Shown here: positions 21,081 to 30,282 of the stretch, in pieces
Numbering within the stretch: position 1 is the first letter of the stretch
How the letters are laid out: each line of letters begins with the position of its first letter
NCBI GenBank assembly: GCA_963706915.1
Contig: CAVPOH010000009.1
Coordinates: 126,765-190,764 of the forward strand
DNA: 64,000 nucleotides
Direction of reading: 5' to 3'
From: an uncultured Actinomycetes bacterium
Lineage (GTDB): Bacteria; Actinomycetota; Thermoleophilia; Gaiellales; Gaiellaceae
Translations under genes and position numbers: made by a program
The notes under the pieces: generated by a model
What the model was told of the DNA's origin: nothing
Databases searched by the model: none
What the model saw: only the letters and a program-made list of their open reading frames with translations

Positions 21081-21138
21081 CGATCTCGCCTCGCGGAGCG
21101 GGAGGGGCGCATCGGCGCCCCTCCCGTCTCGGTTCGCG

Positions 21139-22782
21139 TTACTTCATGCAGACCACGTTCAGGAGCGGGCCGCTCCCGTGGGCCTCGTTGATGGTGATGC
21201 AGCCGACCCGGGACGACAGGAAGCTCCGGTCGTTCGAGTTGACCAGCGGCGCCCACGGCGGGTTCTCGCGCATGAGCGCCCCGTCGAGGGCCGCGTACGC
21301 CGTGCCGCGCTTCGTCCCCGTGAGCAGGGACGCCGCCAGCATCTGGCGGTTGTACTTCGCGACGTTGAAGTACGCGTAGTTGTTGTGCTGCGACTGGGTC
21401 ACCTGACCCCCGTCGAGCAGGATGTTCACGAAGTCGTACGGGTCGGCGTAGTCCGAGCCCCAGCGCTCGACCGTCAGGTCATAGGTCGCGGTCTGGGGGT
21501 TGCCGGCGTTCGTGAACTGCTGCGCCCGCGGGAGCAGGCGGATCTCGGCGTCGAGCCCGATCTGCTTCAGGTTGTACTGGATCAGCTGTGCCTGGAGCGG
21601 AGCGATGCCCGAGTTCGACGACCAGAGCACGGCCTTGCCGCCGCGGAGGTTGCCCTCGGCGAGCTTGCGGGCCTGCTTGTTCGAGTTCGCCGTGATCTTG
21701 AGCGGGTAGATGCCCTGCGGCTTGTAGCCGAGCATCCCGGGCGGAAGGATCTGCCCGGTCCGCTTGCCGTAGAGGTAGCCGCCCTGCGCCGAGAAGGCCT
21801 GGCGGTCGACCGCCCAGTTGACGGCCTTCGCGAGGCCCGGGTTGTCCCTGAAGAGCGGCCGCGCGTGGTTCATTGCCACGTACCTGATGTCGAGGAGCGA
21901 GCGCACCTGCACGCGGCCGTCCTTCTTGTTCAGGCCGTACTTCTGGACGACGTTCTTCCACTCGGTCGGCGGGATGCCCGTCGACGCGTAGTCCGACGTG
22001 CCCTTCTCGACGTTCTGGAACTGGACGGCGATGTCGTTGCCGACGTTCACCTGGATCGTGTCGACGTTCGCCGCACGGCTGCCCTTGTAGTACGGGTTCC
22101 GCTTGAGGGTGATCGAGCGACCGGGCGTGCGGCTCGAGAAGTAGTACGGGCCGCACGACGCGTACTGGTTGATCCCGTTCGCGTCGATCTGCCGTGCGAG
22201 GTTCGTGTCGATCGCCTGCATGAACGGCATCGTCAGGCGTGCCAGGAAGTCCGGCGACGCCTTCGTGAGCCGCACCGTGAACTTGTTCCCCTGCGCCCGG
22301 ACGCCCGAGATCGTGCGCGCCTCGCCGGCGATCACTGCCTGCGCGCCCTGGACGATGTCGAGGAACGCTACGCCGGTCGACTGCATCCGCGGGTTCGCGA
22401 AGCGGTTGAACGCGTCGACGAAGCTCCGCGCCGTCACGTTCTGGCCGTTCGAGAACCGGAACCCGGGCTTGATCGTGAACGTGTACGTCTTGCCGTCACG
22501 CGACACCACCGGCAGGCCTGCGGCCACCTCGGGCGTCGCCACGGAACCGGCCGCGCCCTCCTTGTCCTGCCAGTTCATGAGCTTGCACGCGGTCGCGGCT
22601 TCCATCTTCCACGTCTCGCCGTAGTACGAGAGCTGTGGGTCGATGTAGTCGACGTCCGTCGAGATCTCGAACACGAACGTGCCGCCGCGCTTCGCGGTCG
22701 GTGCGGCCGTCGCGGCCGCGACGACCAGCAGGGCGATGCTCGAGATCGCGAAAGCGATCCCGAGCAGTCGTTTGCCGTTCAT
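21139..22782 (-). CDS. oppA: Family 5 solute-binding protein
   Basis: Signal peptide; DYIDP, SRDGKTYTFTIKPGFRFSNG, GPY, LKRNPYY. Confidence 0.9.
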   Translation of the reverse strand: MNGKRLLGIAFAISSIALLVVAAATAAPTAKRGGTFVFEISTDVDYIDPQLSYYGETWKMEAATACKLMNWQDKEGAAGSVATPEVAAGLPVVSRDGKTYTFTIKPGFRFSNGQNVTARSFVDAFNRFANPRMQSTGVAFLDIVQGAQAVIAGEARTISGVRAQGNKFTVRLTKASPDFLARLTMPFMQAIDTNLARQIDANGINQYASCGPYYFSSRTPGRSITLKRNPYYKGSRAANVDTIQVNVGNDIAVQFQNVEKGTSDYASTGIPPTEWKNVVQKYGLNKKDGRVQVRSLLDIRYVAMNHARPLFRDNPGLAKAVNWAVDRQAFSAQGGYLYGKRTGQILPPGMLGYKPQGIYPLKITANSNKQARKLAEGNLRGGKAVLWSSNSGIAPLQAQLIQYNLKQIGLDAEIRLLPRAQQFTNAGNPQTATYDLTVERWGSDYADPYDFVNILLDGGQVTQSQHNNYAYFNVAKYNRQMLAASLLTGTKRGTAYAALDGALMRENPPWAPLVNSNDRSFLSSRVGCITINEAHGSGPLLNVVCMK

Positions 22783-22829
22783 TGCGCTCCTTTCCAGGGG
22801 TGACGGTCCGAACACGGGTCTGCGGGACA

Positions 22830-23915
22830 TCAGCGGGATCCCCGGGGGTCGAAGGCATCACGCAGGCCGTCGCCGAGCAGATTGAAGGCCAGCGTGGTGA
22901 AGAGCAGCGCGATGCCCGGCCAGACCATGAGCAGGGGCCGGGAGGTGTAGTACTGCGGCGCGTCCGCGAGGAGGCTCCCCCAGCTCGCCGTCGGCAGCTG
23001 GATCCCGAGCCCGAGGAACGAGAGCCCGGCCTCCGCGAGGATGAACGCCGCGACGTTGAGCGTCGCCAGGACGATGAGCGGCCCGAGGAGGTGCGGGAAG
23101 ACGTGCGAGCGGACGATCCGCCAGTTGCTCGCCCCGACCATCCGCGCGGCCTCGACGAACTCCTTCTCGCGGATCGACAGCGCAACGCTCCGCATCACGC
23201 GCGCCGAGTAGAACCAGCCGAGCAGGCCGAAGACGAGGACGAGCGTGACGACCCCCTCGCCGAGGAAGCCGAACGTCACCTGGTTCAGACGCGTCCCGAG
23301 CGTCGCCGCCAGGGTGATCACGAAGAGCAGATACGGGAACGCCATCGTCAGGTCGACCATTCGCGAGACCGTCGTGTCGACCCAGCCGCGGAAGAAGCCG
23401 GCGATCGCGCCGAGCAGCGTCCCCAGGAAGAGTGAGAGCAGGGTCGCGCCGACGCCCACCTCGAGGGAGACCTGCGCGCCGTAGAGCAGCCGCAGGAACT
23501 CGTCGCGCGCGAGCGTCGAGTCGGAGCCGAGGACGAAGAGCTGCTCCTCGATCTCGCCGTCCTCCGTCAGCTTCCCGACGTGCGTCCACGGGCCGGCGGG
23601 GAGCTGGTCGGCGTCGAGGCCGCCCGAGACGAGGAACGGCTCGTTCGGCCCGTGACCGAGCATCCGCTCCGCGAGCGGTGCCCCCGCGAAGGCGACGAAG
23701 AAGAGGAGGATGATGAAGGCGCCGCCCGCCAGTGCGAGACGGTCGCGCTTCAGCCGCAGCCAGACGCCCTGCCAGTAATCTCGCGCCTCGACTTCGGGCT
23801 CGTCGAACACATCGTCGAGCACCATGTCTTCGGCGGAACCCGGGACGATGCCCGGGAGGAAGGGCGTCGCGCGCCCGTTGGCTGCGGCTTCAGCGCTGTC
23901 GGCGAGGTTGCTCAT
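22830..23915 (-). CDS. oppC: Peptide ABC transporter permease
   Basis: REKEFVEAARMVGA, EAGLSFLGLG, FNLLGDGLRDAFDP. Confidence 0.93.
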   Translation of the reverse strand: MSNLADSAEAAANGRATPFLPGIVPGSAEDMVLDDVFDEPEVEARDYWQGVWLRLKRDRLALAGGAFIILLFFVAFAGAPLAERMLGHGPNEPFLVSGGLDADQLPAGPWTHVGKLTEDGEIEEQLFVLGSDSTLARDEFLRLLYGAQVSLEVGVGATLLSLFLGTLLGAIAGFFRGWVDTTVSRMVDLTMAFPYLLFVITLAATLGTRLNQVTFGFLGEGVVTLVLVFGLLGWFYSARVMRSVALSIREKEFVEAARMVGASNWRIVRSHVFPHLLGPLIVLATLNVAAFILAEAGLSFLGLGIQLPTASWGSLLADAPQYYTSRPLLMVWPGIALLFTTLAFNLLGDGLRDAFDPRGSR

Positions 23916-24442
23916 CGCGGCACCACCGCCGACGCCCTCGGCACCCAGTTGTCGACTACCCAGCGGGCCCGGTGACCCGAGCCGACCTTCTTGAGGCCGA
24001 GGAAGAACACCTGGGCCCGGACTCCGGACCCCTTCTTCGGGAGGAGCGCGACCTCGATCAGCGCGCTCTCCTCGAAGGACTCGTCGATCTTGTACGGCGC
24101 GACTTCGAGGTGCTCGATCGGGAACGGCACGACCGGGTTGTCGCCGGTGAGCCACTCTTCCCTGCTGAGACCGCCGCGGAGGTTCGGGCCGACGAGGTGC
24201 CACGCCTCGTCGAGGTTCTTGCGCGCCACGGCGGTCTGGATGAAGCGCATCGCCACCTTCCGCGCCTCCTGCGGGAGCGGGGCCTTGACCTGCCGCTCGG
24301 GCTGCTGCGCCGGCACGTTGCTGATCCGCTCCTCCGGCGCGTTCTTGTTCGGCCCGAGCACGAGCAGGAGGGCGACGGCCGCACAGACGGCGCCACCGGC
24401 GAGCACCCAGGCGACGCGCCGCCGTGTCCGCGGCGCGGCCAT
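23912..24442 (-). CDS. Hypothetical membrane-anchored protein, first gene of the opp operon
   Basis: Basic N-terminus and TM helix; GGAG RBS; ATGA overlap with oppC. Confidence 0.75.
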   Translation of the reverse strand: MAAPRTRRRVAWVLAGGAVCAAVALLLVLGPNKNAPEERISNVPAQQPERQVKAPLPQEARKVAMRFIQTAVARKNLDEAWHLVGPNLRGGLSREEWLTGDNPVVPFPIEHLEVAPYKIDESFEESALIEVALLPKKGSGVRAQVFFLGLKKVGSGHRARWVVDNWVPRASAVVPR

Positions 24443-24652
24443 GTCAGACGAGCTCCTCCGCAGCCACGACAGCCTCCAGGGGAGGGACGGTCACGGCCGG
24501 GATCTCGTCTCGTCGTCTCGGGTTGGGCATGTTGCCTCGGTGTCGCGTCGATCGGGAGGAATCCGGCCCGGGGGCAGTCCGCGGGCCGGATCGACCCGAT
24601 GTCTGTGCGGCGAACACGTCCTACCTCAGCCGATCCCGGGTGCATAGGAAAC

Positions 24653-24667
24653 GTCGAAAAGTTCGAC
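24653..24667. promoter_or_regulatory. Palindromic operator candidate (LysR-type T-N11-A)
   Basis: GTCGAA-AAG-TTCGAC upstream of the opp operon, next to a LysR-HTH gene. Confidence 0.45.
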
Positions 24668-24733
24668 CGGTCGCAGGAGTGCGACCGCAGGCGTCAGCCG
24701 CCGTCGGCACGCCGCGCTAGCGCGGAAAGCGGC

Positions 24734-25204
24734 TCAGCTGCTGGCCGGAGCGCTGCCGGTGTCCCACCGGACGAGGCCCGGGACGAGCGCGCGGCGCCGG
24801 GGACGTTCGAGGCCCGCGACCTGCGTTTCGGCGTTCTCGAGCAGCCGCAGGACCGCGCGTCCGTGCGCCACGACGATGCCTCCGGCGGGCGTCACGGTGA
24901 CGGAGCGAGAGCCGCCCCCCCGGACGAGGAGCGAGACGCCGACGGCTGCCTCGAGCTGCGCAATCTGGTGGCTGATGGTCGAGCGGGAGTAGCCGAGGCG
25001 CCGCGCGGCGTTGACGAAGCTTCCTTCCTCGGCCACGGCGACGAGCGCGAGAAGGGCGCGCACCTGCAGCCCGAGCCAGCGCGAGTGCTCGAGCGGACGC
25101 CGCTCGACCTCGTCCTCGATCGAGCGCCGGTGGAGCTCGCGCGCCTCGTCGGCGCGCTCGCGCGCGACCTGGATCGCCCATTCGCGGCGGAAGGTGTCAT
25201 CCAC
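24734..25204 (-). CDS. LysR-type HTH protein lacking the effector-binding domain
   Basis: LLALVAVAEEGSFVNAARRLGYSRSTISHQIAQLEAAVGVSLLVR..TPAG; GGAGGT RBS. Confidence 0.8.
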   Translation of the reverse strand: MDDTFRREWAIQVARERADEARELHRRSIEDEVERRPLEHSRWLGLQVRALLALVAVAEEGSFVNAARRLGYSRSTISHQIAQLEAAVGVSLLVRGGGSRSVTVTPAGGIVVAHGRAVLRLLENAETQVAGLERPRRRALVPGLVRWDTGSAPASS

Positions 25205-25400
25205 CTGCGATCACCTCCCCGCGCGGTCGCGCGCAGGCGTCGCAGGAGCCGCTTCGCGGCGGAGCCCCTGGGTCTGACCGAGGAGTAGCCCGAGGGTTCT
25301 GATGCCCCATGAGACGACGGCGAGGCACGAAGGTTTGAGCATTCTGTTCAGATTGGATGAAGAAGCCGTAAGCTCCTGCCCGGGTGTAGGCTCGCGGACG

Positions 25401-26105
25401 ATGGCGACGGCGCTCACGTGGCTGGGGCACGCGGCGTTCCGCATCGACACCCCCGCCGGGACGCGGATCTACGTCGATCCGTTCCTCGAGGGCAACCCGA
25501 CGTGCCCGGACCGCGAGCGCGAGCCCGAGCGCTGCGACCTCGTCGTGGTCACCCACGGGCACGACGACCACGTCGGCGACGCCCTCGCGATCGCCGAGCG
25601 GTTCTCGTGTCCCGTGATCGCGCAGGTCGAGGTCCGGGGCTGGCTCTCTACCCAGGGCCTCTCCGCCGACATGAGCCAGTCGCCGAACAAAGGAGGCACG
25701 GTGCGCGTCGGCGATGTGCGGGTCACGCTGACGGACGCGAACCACTCCTCGAGCACCTTCGCCGACGGGACGTTCGTCTACCTCGGCGAGCCGTGCGGCG
25801 TCGTGCTGCGGCCGGACGACGGGCCGACGATCTACGTCGCGGGGGACACGAACGTCTTCGGCGACATGGCGCTGATCCGGCGGATCTACGCCCCCGACAT
25901 CGCGGTCCTCCCGATCGGCGACCACTTCACGATGGGGCCCGAGGAGGCCGCGGTCGCGTCCGAGCTCGTCGGCGCACCGCGCGTCATCCCCTCGCACTAC
26001 GGCACGTTCCCGATCCTCAGCGGGACGCCGGACGCTCTGCGCGCGCTCCTTCCCGACGGGGTGGAGCTCATCGCACCCGAGCCCGGCGAGCCCGTCGAGC
26101 TGTGA
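25401..26105 (+). CDS. Metallo-beta-lactamase-fold hydrolase (UPF0173)
   Basis: LTWLGHA, THGHDDHVGD, YVAGDT, PIGDHFTMGP, IPSHYGTF. Confidence 0.9.
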   Translation: MATALTWLGHAAFRIDTPAGTRIYVDPFLEGNPTCPDREREPERCDLVVVTHGHDDHVGDALAIAERFSCPVIAQVEVRGWLSTQGLSADMSQSPNKGGTVRVGDVRVTLTDANHSSSTFADGTFVYLGEPCGVVLRPDDGPTIYVAGDTNVFGDMALIRRIYAPDIAVLPIGDHFTMGPEEAAVASELVGAPRVIPSHYGTFPILSGTPDALRALLPDGVELIAPEPGEPVEL

Positions 26106-26371
26106 GATCGCGATGGTTCGGCGCGACCGGGCGACGCGTGCCCGCGATCGCGCTGGACGGGTCGATCGACGTCGAAGGGGCGCTTGTCCTGGAGTCCGTC
26201 GCGGATGTCGCCGCGCTCGAGTCCGCACACGCGGACGGAACGCCGGTCGTCGTGCGCGCGAGCGACGCCGCAGGCGTCAAGGCGGCGCTCGCGCGACCCG
26301 AGGTGTCGTGCGTCCTCGTCGAGGACGCAGGCCTGCTCGAGCTCGACCTTCCGGAGCTGACATATGGCTGA
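26102..26371 (+). CDS. Small hypothetical protein with an aldo-keto-reductase-like N-terminus
   Basis: VRSRWFGATGRRVPAI; overlaps both neighbours. Confidence 0.6.
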   Translation: MRSRWFGATGRRVPAIALDGSIDVEGALVLESVADVAALESAHADGTPVVVRASDAAGVKAALARPEVSCVLVEDAGLLELDLPELTYG

Positions 26372-27194
26372 GCCGCTCGTCGCGACGTACTCGATCTGCG
26401 CGTGCGATCTCGCCGCCGGGCAGTGGGGAGTTGCGACGCAGTCGAGGTTCCTCGCCGTCGGCTCCGTCGTCCCGTGGGCCGAGCCCCACGTGGGCGCTAT
26501 CGCAACCCAGTCGTACGCGAATCCGCGGTACGGGCCGGACGGGCTCGCGCTGCTGCGCGACGGGCTCTCCGCGGAGGAGGTCGTGCAGCGGCTCACCGCG
26601 GCGGACGAGGACCGCGACGTCCGGCAGCTCGGCGTCGTCGACGGCGAGGGGCGCGCGGCGACGTTCACGGGCTCGGGGTGCCACGCCTGGGCGGGTGGCC
26701 GGACGGGCAACGGGTACGCGGTCCAGGGGAACATCCTTGTCTCGGGCGCGACGGTCGACGCCCTCGCCGAGACGTTCGAGAAGACCGCTGGAAGCCCCCT
26801 CGTCGAGCGCCTCCTCGACTGCCTCGATGCGGGGGAGGCCGCGGGCGGGGACAGCCGCGGCCGGCAGTCGGCGGCGCTCCTCGTGGTCGAGCGCGACGGG
26901 GGCTACGCGGGGCTCTCCGACTCGCTCGTCGACCTGCGCGTCGACGACCACGAGGATCCGCTCGGGGAGCTGCGACGGATCTACGGGATCCACGACATGC
27001 TGTTCGGCAAGACGCCGCGCGAGGAGTGGATCGCGGTGGACGACGCCCTGCGCGCGGAGCTCGACGAGCGTCTCGGCCGCGTCGGCCACGAGACGCTCGC
27101 CGACTGGGCCGGCGTCGAGAACCTCGAGGAACGCGTCGACGGCGAGGACGAGATCGACCCCGTCGTCCTCGCCCGACTACGGGAGTCCACATGA
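26364..27194 (+). CDS. DUF1028 (Ntn-hydrolase-like) protein
   Basis: TYSICACD, VGAIATQS, GGDSRGRQSAAL, DLRVDDHEDP. Confidence 0.9.
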   Translation: MAEPLVATYSICACDLAAGQWGVATQSRFLAVGSVVPWAEPHVGAIATQSYANPRYGPDGLALLRDGLSAEEVVQRLTAADEDRDVRQLGVVDGEGRAATFTGSGCHAWAGGRTGNGYAVQGNILVSGATVDALAETFEKTAGSPLVERLLDCLDAGEAAGGDSRGRQSAALLVVERDGGYAGLSDSLVDLRVDDHEDPLGELRRIYGIHDMLFGKTPREEWIAVDDALRAELDERLGRVGHETLADWAGVENLEERVDGEDEIDPVVLARLREST

Positions 27195-27850
27195 CCGATC
27201 GCTACGCAGTCGTTCCCCTCGACGACCTCGTCGGCTACGAGATCCCCGGCCAGGCGCGCTGGCACATGATCCGCTCGACGCTCGGCGTTCAGGCCTTCGG
27301 GATCAACGCCTGGACCGCGACAGAGGACGGTCAGCAGCTGATCGGCGAGCACGACGAGGCGTCGGGCGAGGCCCACGAGGAGCTGTACGTGGTCCTCGCC
27401 GGCACCGCGACGTTCACGGTCGACGGCGAGGAGGTCGAAGCGCCGCAGGGCACCGTCGTCCACGTCTCCGATGCCGCCGTCAAGCGCGGCGCGGTCGGTG
27501 CCGAGGGAACGACCGTCCTCGTCGTCGGCGCGAAGCGCGGCGAGGCGTTCACGCCGTCGCAGTGGGAGCGCTCGTCACAGGCGCTCCGCTACTGGTCGAC
27601 GGAGGAGTGGGACAAGGCGATCGAGGTGCTAGAAGGCCACCTCGCGGAGACGCCCGACAACGCCGGGGTGTACTACAACCTCGCCTGCGCGAACGCCCGC
27701 GCCGGTCGCACGATCGAGGCGCTCGACCGCCTGGCGCGCGCGGTCGAGCTCCAGCCGACCTTCGCGGAGTACGCGCAGACGGATGACGACCTCGCGTCGA
27801 TCCGCGACGACAAGCGGTTCCCGACCGCGAGCACGGAGGAGGGATCCTGA
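27191..27850 (+). CDS. Cupin + TPR domain protein
   Basis: [15 protein letters not shown] cupin motif; [20 protein letters not shown]-end motif. Confidence 0.8.
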   Translation: MTDRYAVVPLDDLVGYEIPGQARWHMIRSTLGVQAFGINAWTATEDGQQLIGEHDEASGEAHEELYVVLAGTATFTVDGEEVEAPQGTVVHVSDAAVKRGAVGAEGTTVLVVGAKRGEAFTPSQWERSSQALRYWSTEEWDKAIEVLEGHLAETPDNAGVYYNLACANARAGRTIEALDRLARAVELQPTFAEYAQTDDDLASIRDDKRFPTASTEEGS

Positions 27851-29214
27851 TGGGCGAGACGGTCAAGTACACGCTGGACGAGAGCCGGCTGCCGGAGGCC
27901 TGGTACAACATCGCGGCCGACCTCCCGGAGCCGCCCGCTCCCGTGCTCCATCCCGGGACCGGCCAGCCGGTCGGCCCCGACGACCTCGCGCCGCTGTTCC
28001 CGATGGAGGTCATCCTCCAGGAGGTCTCGACCGACGAGCGGATCGCGATCCCGGAGGAGGTTCGCGAGGTCTACCGCCAATGGCGGCCGACACCGCTCTA
28101 TCGCGCCCGTCGGCTCGAGCGGGACCTCGAGACGCCGGCCCGCATCTTCTACAAGTACGAAGGTGTCTCCCCGACCGGCAGTCACAAGCCGAACACGGCG
28201 GTGGCGCAGGCGTTCTACAACGCCCGCGAGGGCGTCCGGCGGATCGCGACGGAGACCGGAGCCGGCCAGTGGGGGTCGTCGCTCGCGTTCGCCGGTGCGC
28301 TGTTCGGCATCGAGATCGACGTGTACATGGTCCGAGTCTCCTACGACCAGAAGCCGTACCGGCGTGCCCTGATGGAGGCGTTCGGCGCCCGGTGCGTCCC
28401 CAGCCCGTCCGAGGAGACCGCATCCGGGAGGGCGATCCTCGAGGAGCATCCCGACTCGACCGGCAGCCTCGGGATCGCGATCTCCGAAGCCGTCGAGCAG
28501 GCGGCCCAGCGCGACGACACGAAGTACGCGCTCGGCTCGGTGCTCAACCACGTCCTCCTCCACCAGACGGTGATCGGCGAGGAGGCGATCGCGCAGATGG
28601 ACATGGCCGACGCCTATCCGGACGTGCTGATCGGGTGCACGGGAGGCGGCTCGAACTTCTCCGGGCTCGTGTTCCCGTTCGTCGGGCAGAAGCTCCGCGG
28701 CGGGCGCGACGTCCGGGTGATCGCGGTCGAGCCGGCCGCCTGCCCGAGTCTCACGCGCGGCGAGTTCGCCTACGACTTCGGCGACACGGGTCACCTGACG
28801 CCGCTCGTGAAGATGCACACGCTCGGTTCGGCTTTCGTGCCGCCCGGGTTCCACGCCGGCGGGCTCCGCTATCACGGCATGGCGCCGCTCGTCAGCCACC
28901 TCCACGACCTCGGGCTGATCGAGGCGCGGGCGTACCACCAGACCGCCGTCTTCGAGGCGGGCGTCCGCTTCGCGCGCGCGGAGGGGATCCTTCCCGCGCC
29001 GGAGGCGAACCACGCCGTCAAGGCGGTGCTCGACGAGGCGCTCCGGTGCAAGGAGGAGGACCGCGCCGACACGATCCTCTTCAACCTCTGCGGCCACGGA
29101 CACTTCGACATGCAGGCGTACATCGACCACTTCGCGGGCAAGCTCGAAGACCGTGAGTACGACGAGGGCGAGCTGGCGATGGCGCTCGCCGGGCTTCCCG
29201 CGGTCACCGTCTGA
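27850..29214 (+). CDS. trpB2: TrpB-like PLP enzyme (tryptophan synthase beta type 2)
   Basis: [38 protein letters not shown]. Confidence 0.93.
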   Translation: MGETVKYTLDESRLPEAWYNIAADLPEPPAPVLHPGTGQPVGPDDLAPLFPMEVILQEVSTDERIAIPEEVREVYRQWRPTPLYRARRLERDLETPARIFYKYEGVSPTGSHKPNTAVAQAFYNAREGVRRIATETGAGQWGSSLAFAGALFGIEIDVYMVRVSYDQKPYRRALMEAFGARCVPSPSEETASGRAILEEHPDSTGSLGIAISEAVEQAAQRDDTKYALGSVLNHVLLHQTVIGEEAIAQMDMADAYPDVLIGCTGGGSNFSGLVFPFVGQKLRGGRDVRVIAVEPAACPSLTRGEFAYDFGDTGHLTPLVKMHTLGSAFVPPGFHAGGLRYHGMAPLVSHLHDLGLIEARAYHQTAVFEAGVRFARAEGILPAPEANHAVKAVLDEALRCKEEDRADTILFNLCGHGHFDMQAYIDHFAGKLEDREYDEGELAMALAGLPAVTV

Positions 29215-29229
29215 GGGACGCCCGGCCGC

Positions 29230-29973
29230 TCACGCGTCACCAGGGAGCCGGAGGCCGGCCGCGAGCCCGCGGAACGCGGGCACCGGGTCGTGCTCGGGTC
29301 GCGCCGCGAGGACGACGGCGCCGTGCTCGGGCCCGGCGAGCGCGCCGACCAGGAGCTCGACGCCCGCCGCGAGCGCGAACGCCTTGTGCGCCTGCGCGCC
29401 GCCGAACGGGACGAGGTCCGCCGGCTTGGCCGCGCCGGACAGGACGTCGCCATGCGTTACGGCGCCCATCGACACGTCGGCGACGAAGGGCCGTCCCTCG
29501 GACGAGGGGACGGCGATCGCGATCGGGTTCGTCCCCGTCAGCGGCGCGCCGCCCGAGGGGTGAGGGAGGCGCCGCGGCGACGTGGCCGTGACCACCGCCA
29601 CCAGGCAGCCCTCTGCGAGCCGGCGCGCCCACGCGCCGAGGACGCCCGTCGGGAAGCACGCCTCGCAGACCACCAGCCGCGCGCGCTGCGGAGGATCCGC
29701 GAGCAGGGACTCGCAGACCGCGTCGAGGGTGAGGTAGCCGAGCGCGCCGCGGCCGTGCCAGCGCTCGAAGCCCTCGCTCCGTTCCAGCCGCTCGGGCTGC
29801 GCGGCGGGGTCCACCTCCGTGCCGAGCAATCCCTCGAGCCAGGGAATACGCCCGAGCCCGTGGCCATGCTTCCCCGCCGCCTCCGCCGCGGCGAGGTGGT
29901 CGACCACGATCTCGGCGTCCCGCGGCGCGAGCCCACCGGCCTCGAGTCGACCCAAAGCGTCCGCTCGGAGCAT
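29230..29973 (-). CDS. Ldh_2 family (ComC/AllD-like) oxidoreductase, short form
   Basis: AEAAGKHGHGLGRI, GTNPIAIAVP, PFGGAQAHKAFAL, RLPGD. Confidence 0.8.
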   Translation of the reverse strand: MLRADALGRLEAGGLAPRDAEIVVDHLAAAEAAGKHGHGLGRIPWLEGLLGTEVDPAAQPERLERSEGFERWHGRGALGYLTLDAVCESLLADPPQRARLVVCEACFPTGVLGAWARRLAEGCLVAVVTATSPRRLPHPSGGAPLTGTNPIAIAVPSSEGRPFVADVSMGAVTHGDVLSGAAKPADLVPFGGAQAHKAFALAAGVELLVGALAGPEHGAVVLAARPEHDPVPAFRGLAAGLRLPGDA

Positions 29974-30009
29974 GGTTTCGACCCTATCGGCGGTGGGTAC
30001 TTAACACAG

Positions 30010-30140
30010 TCCTCACAGGAATCCTGCGAGGATGTAGCTGGATGGCCGCGCCTCCCCCCGGCGCGGACGTGCAGCGACGGCACCGGCCCACCGCCGCAGG
30101 GCTCGCCGTCGACGGAAGGGAGCCTCCGGGCTCCCTTTCC
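30010..30140 (+). ncRNA. Candidate 6C-like small RNA
   Basis: CCGCGCC-TCCCCCC-GGCGCGG stem with a six-C loop, a second stem with a C-rich loop, and a terminal hairpin GGAAGGGAGCC-TCCG-GGCTCCCTTTCC. Confidence 0.4.
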
Positions 30141-30151
30141 GTGAGGAAGGC

Positions 30152-30172
30152 GGGGGAACCCATGGTTCCCCC
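30152..30172. repeat. REP-like palindrome
   Basis: GGGGGAACC-CAT-GGTTCCCCC, flanked by a further GAAGG/CCTTC inverted repeat; only one copy seen in this window. Confidence 0.4.
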
Positions 30173-30282
30173 ACCGGCCCCCTCCTTCGCCGCTGCGCAC
30201 TGATCACCCGTGGCTGGCCTCTCGGCCGGCAAAGCCGGCCTTCGGCGGCGACGCGCTGTGCACTGGTCAGGGTCTGACAGCT

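Noticed and set aside
24653-24667. Possible LexA SOS box
   Set aside because: The actinobacterial box is TCGAAC-N4-GTTCGA; the spacing here is 3 nt shorter
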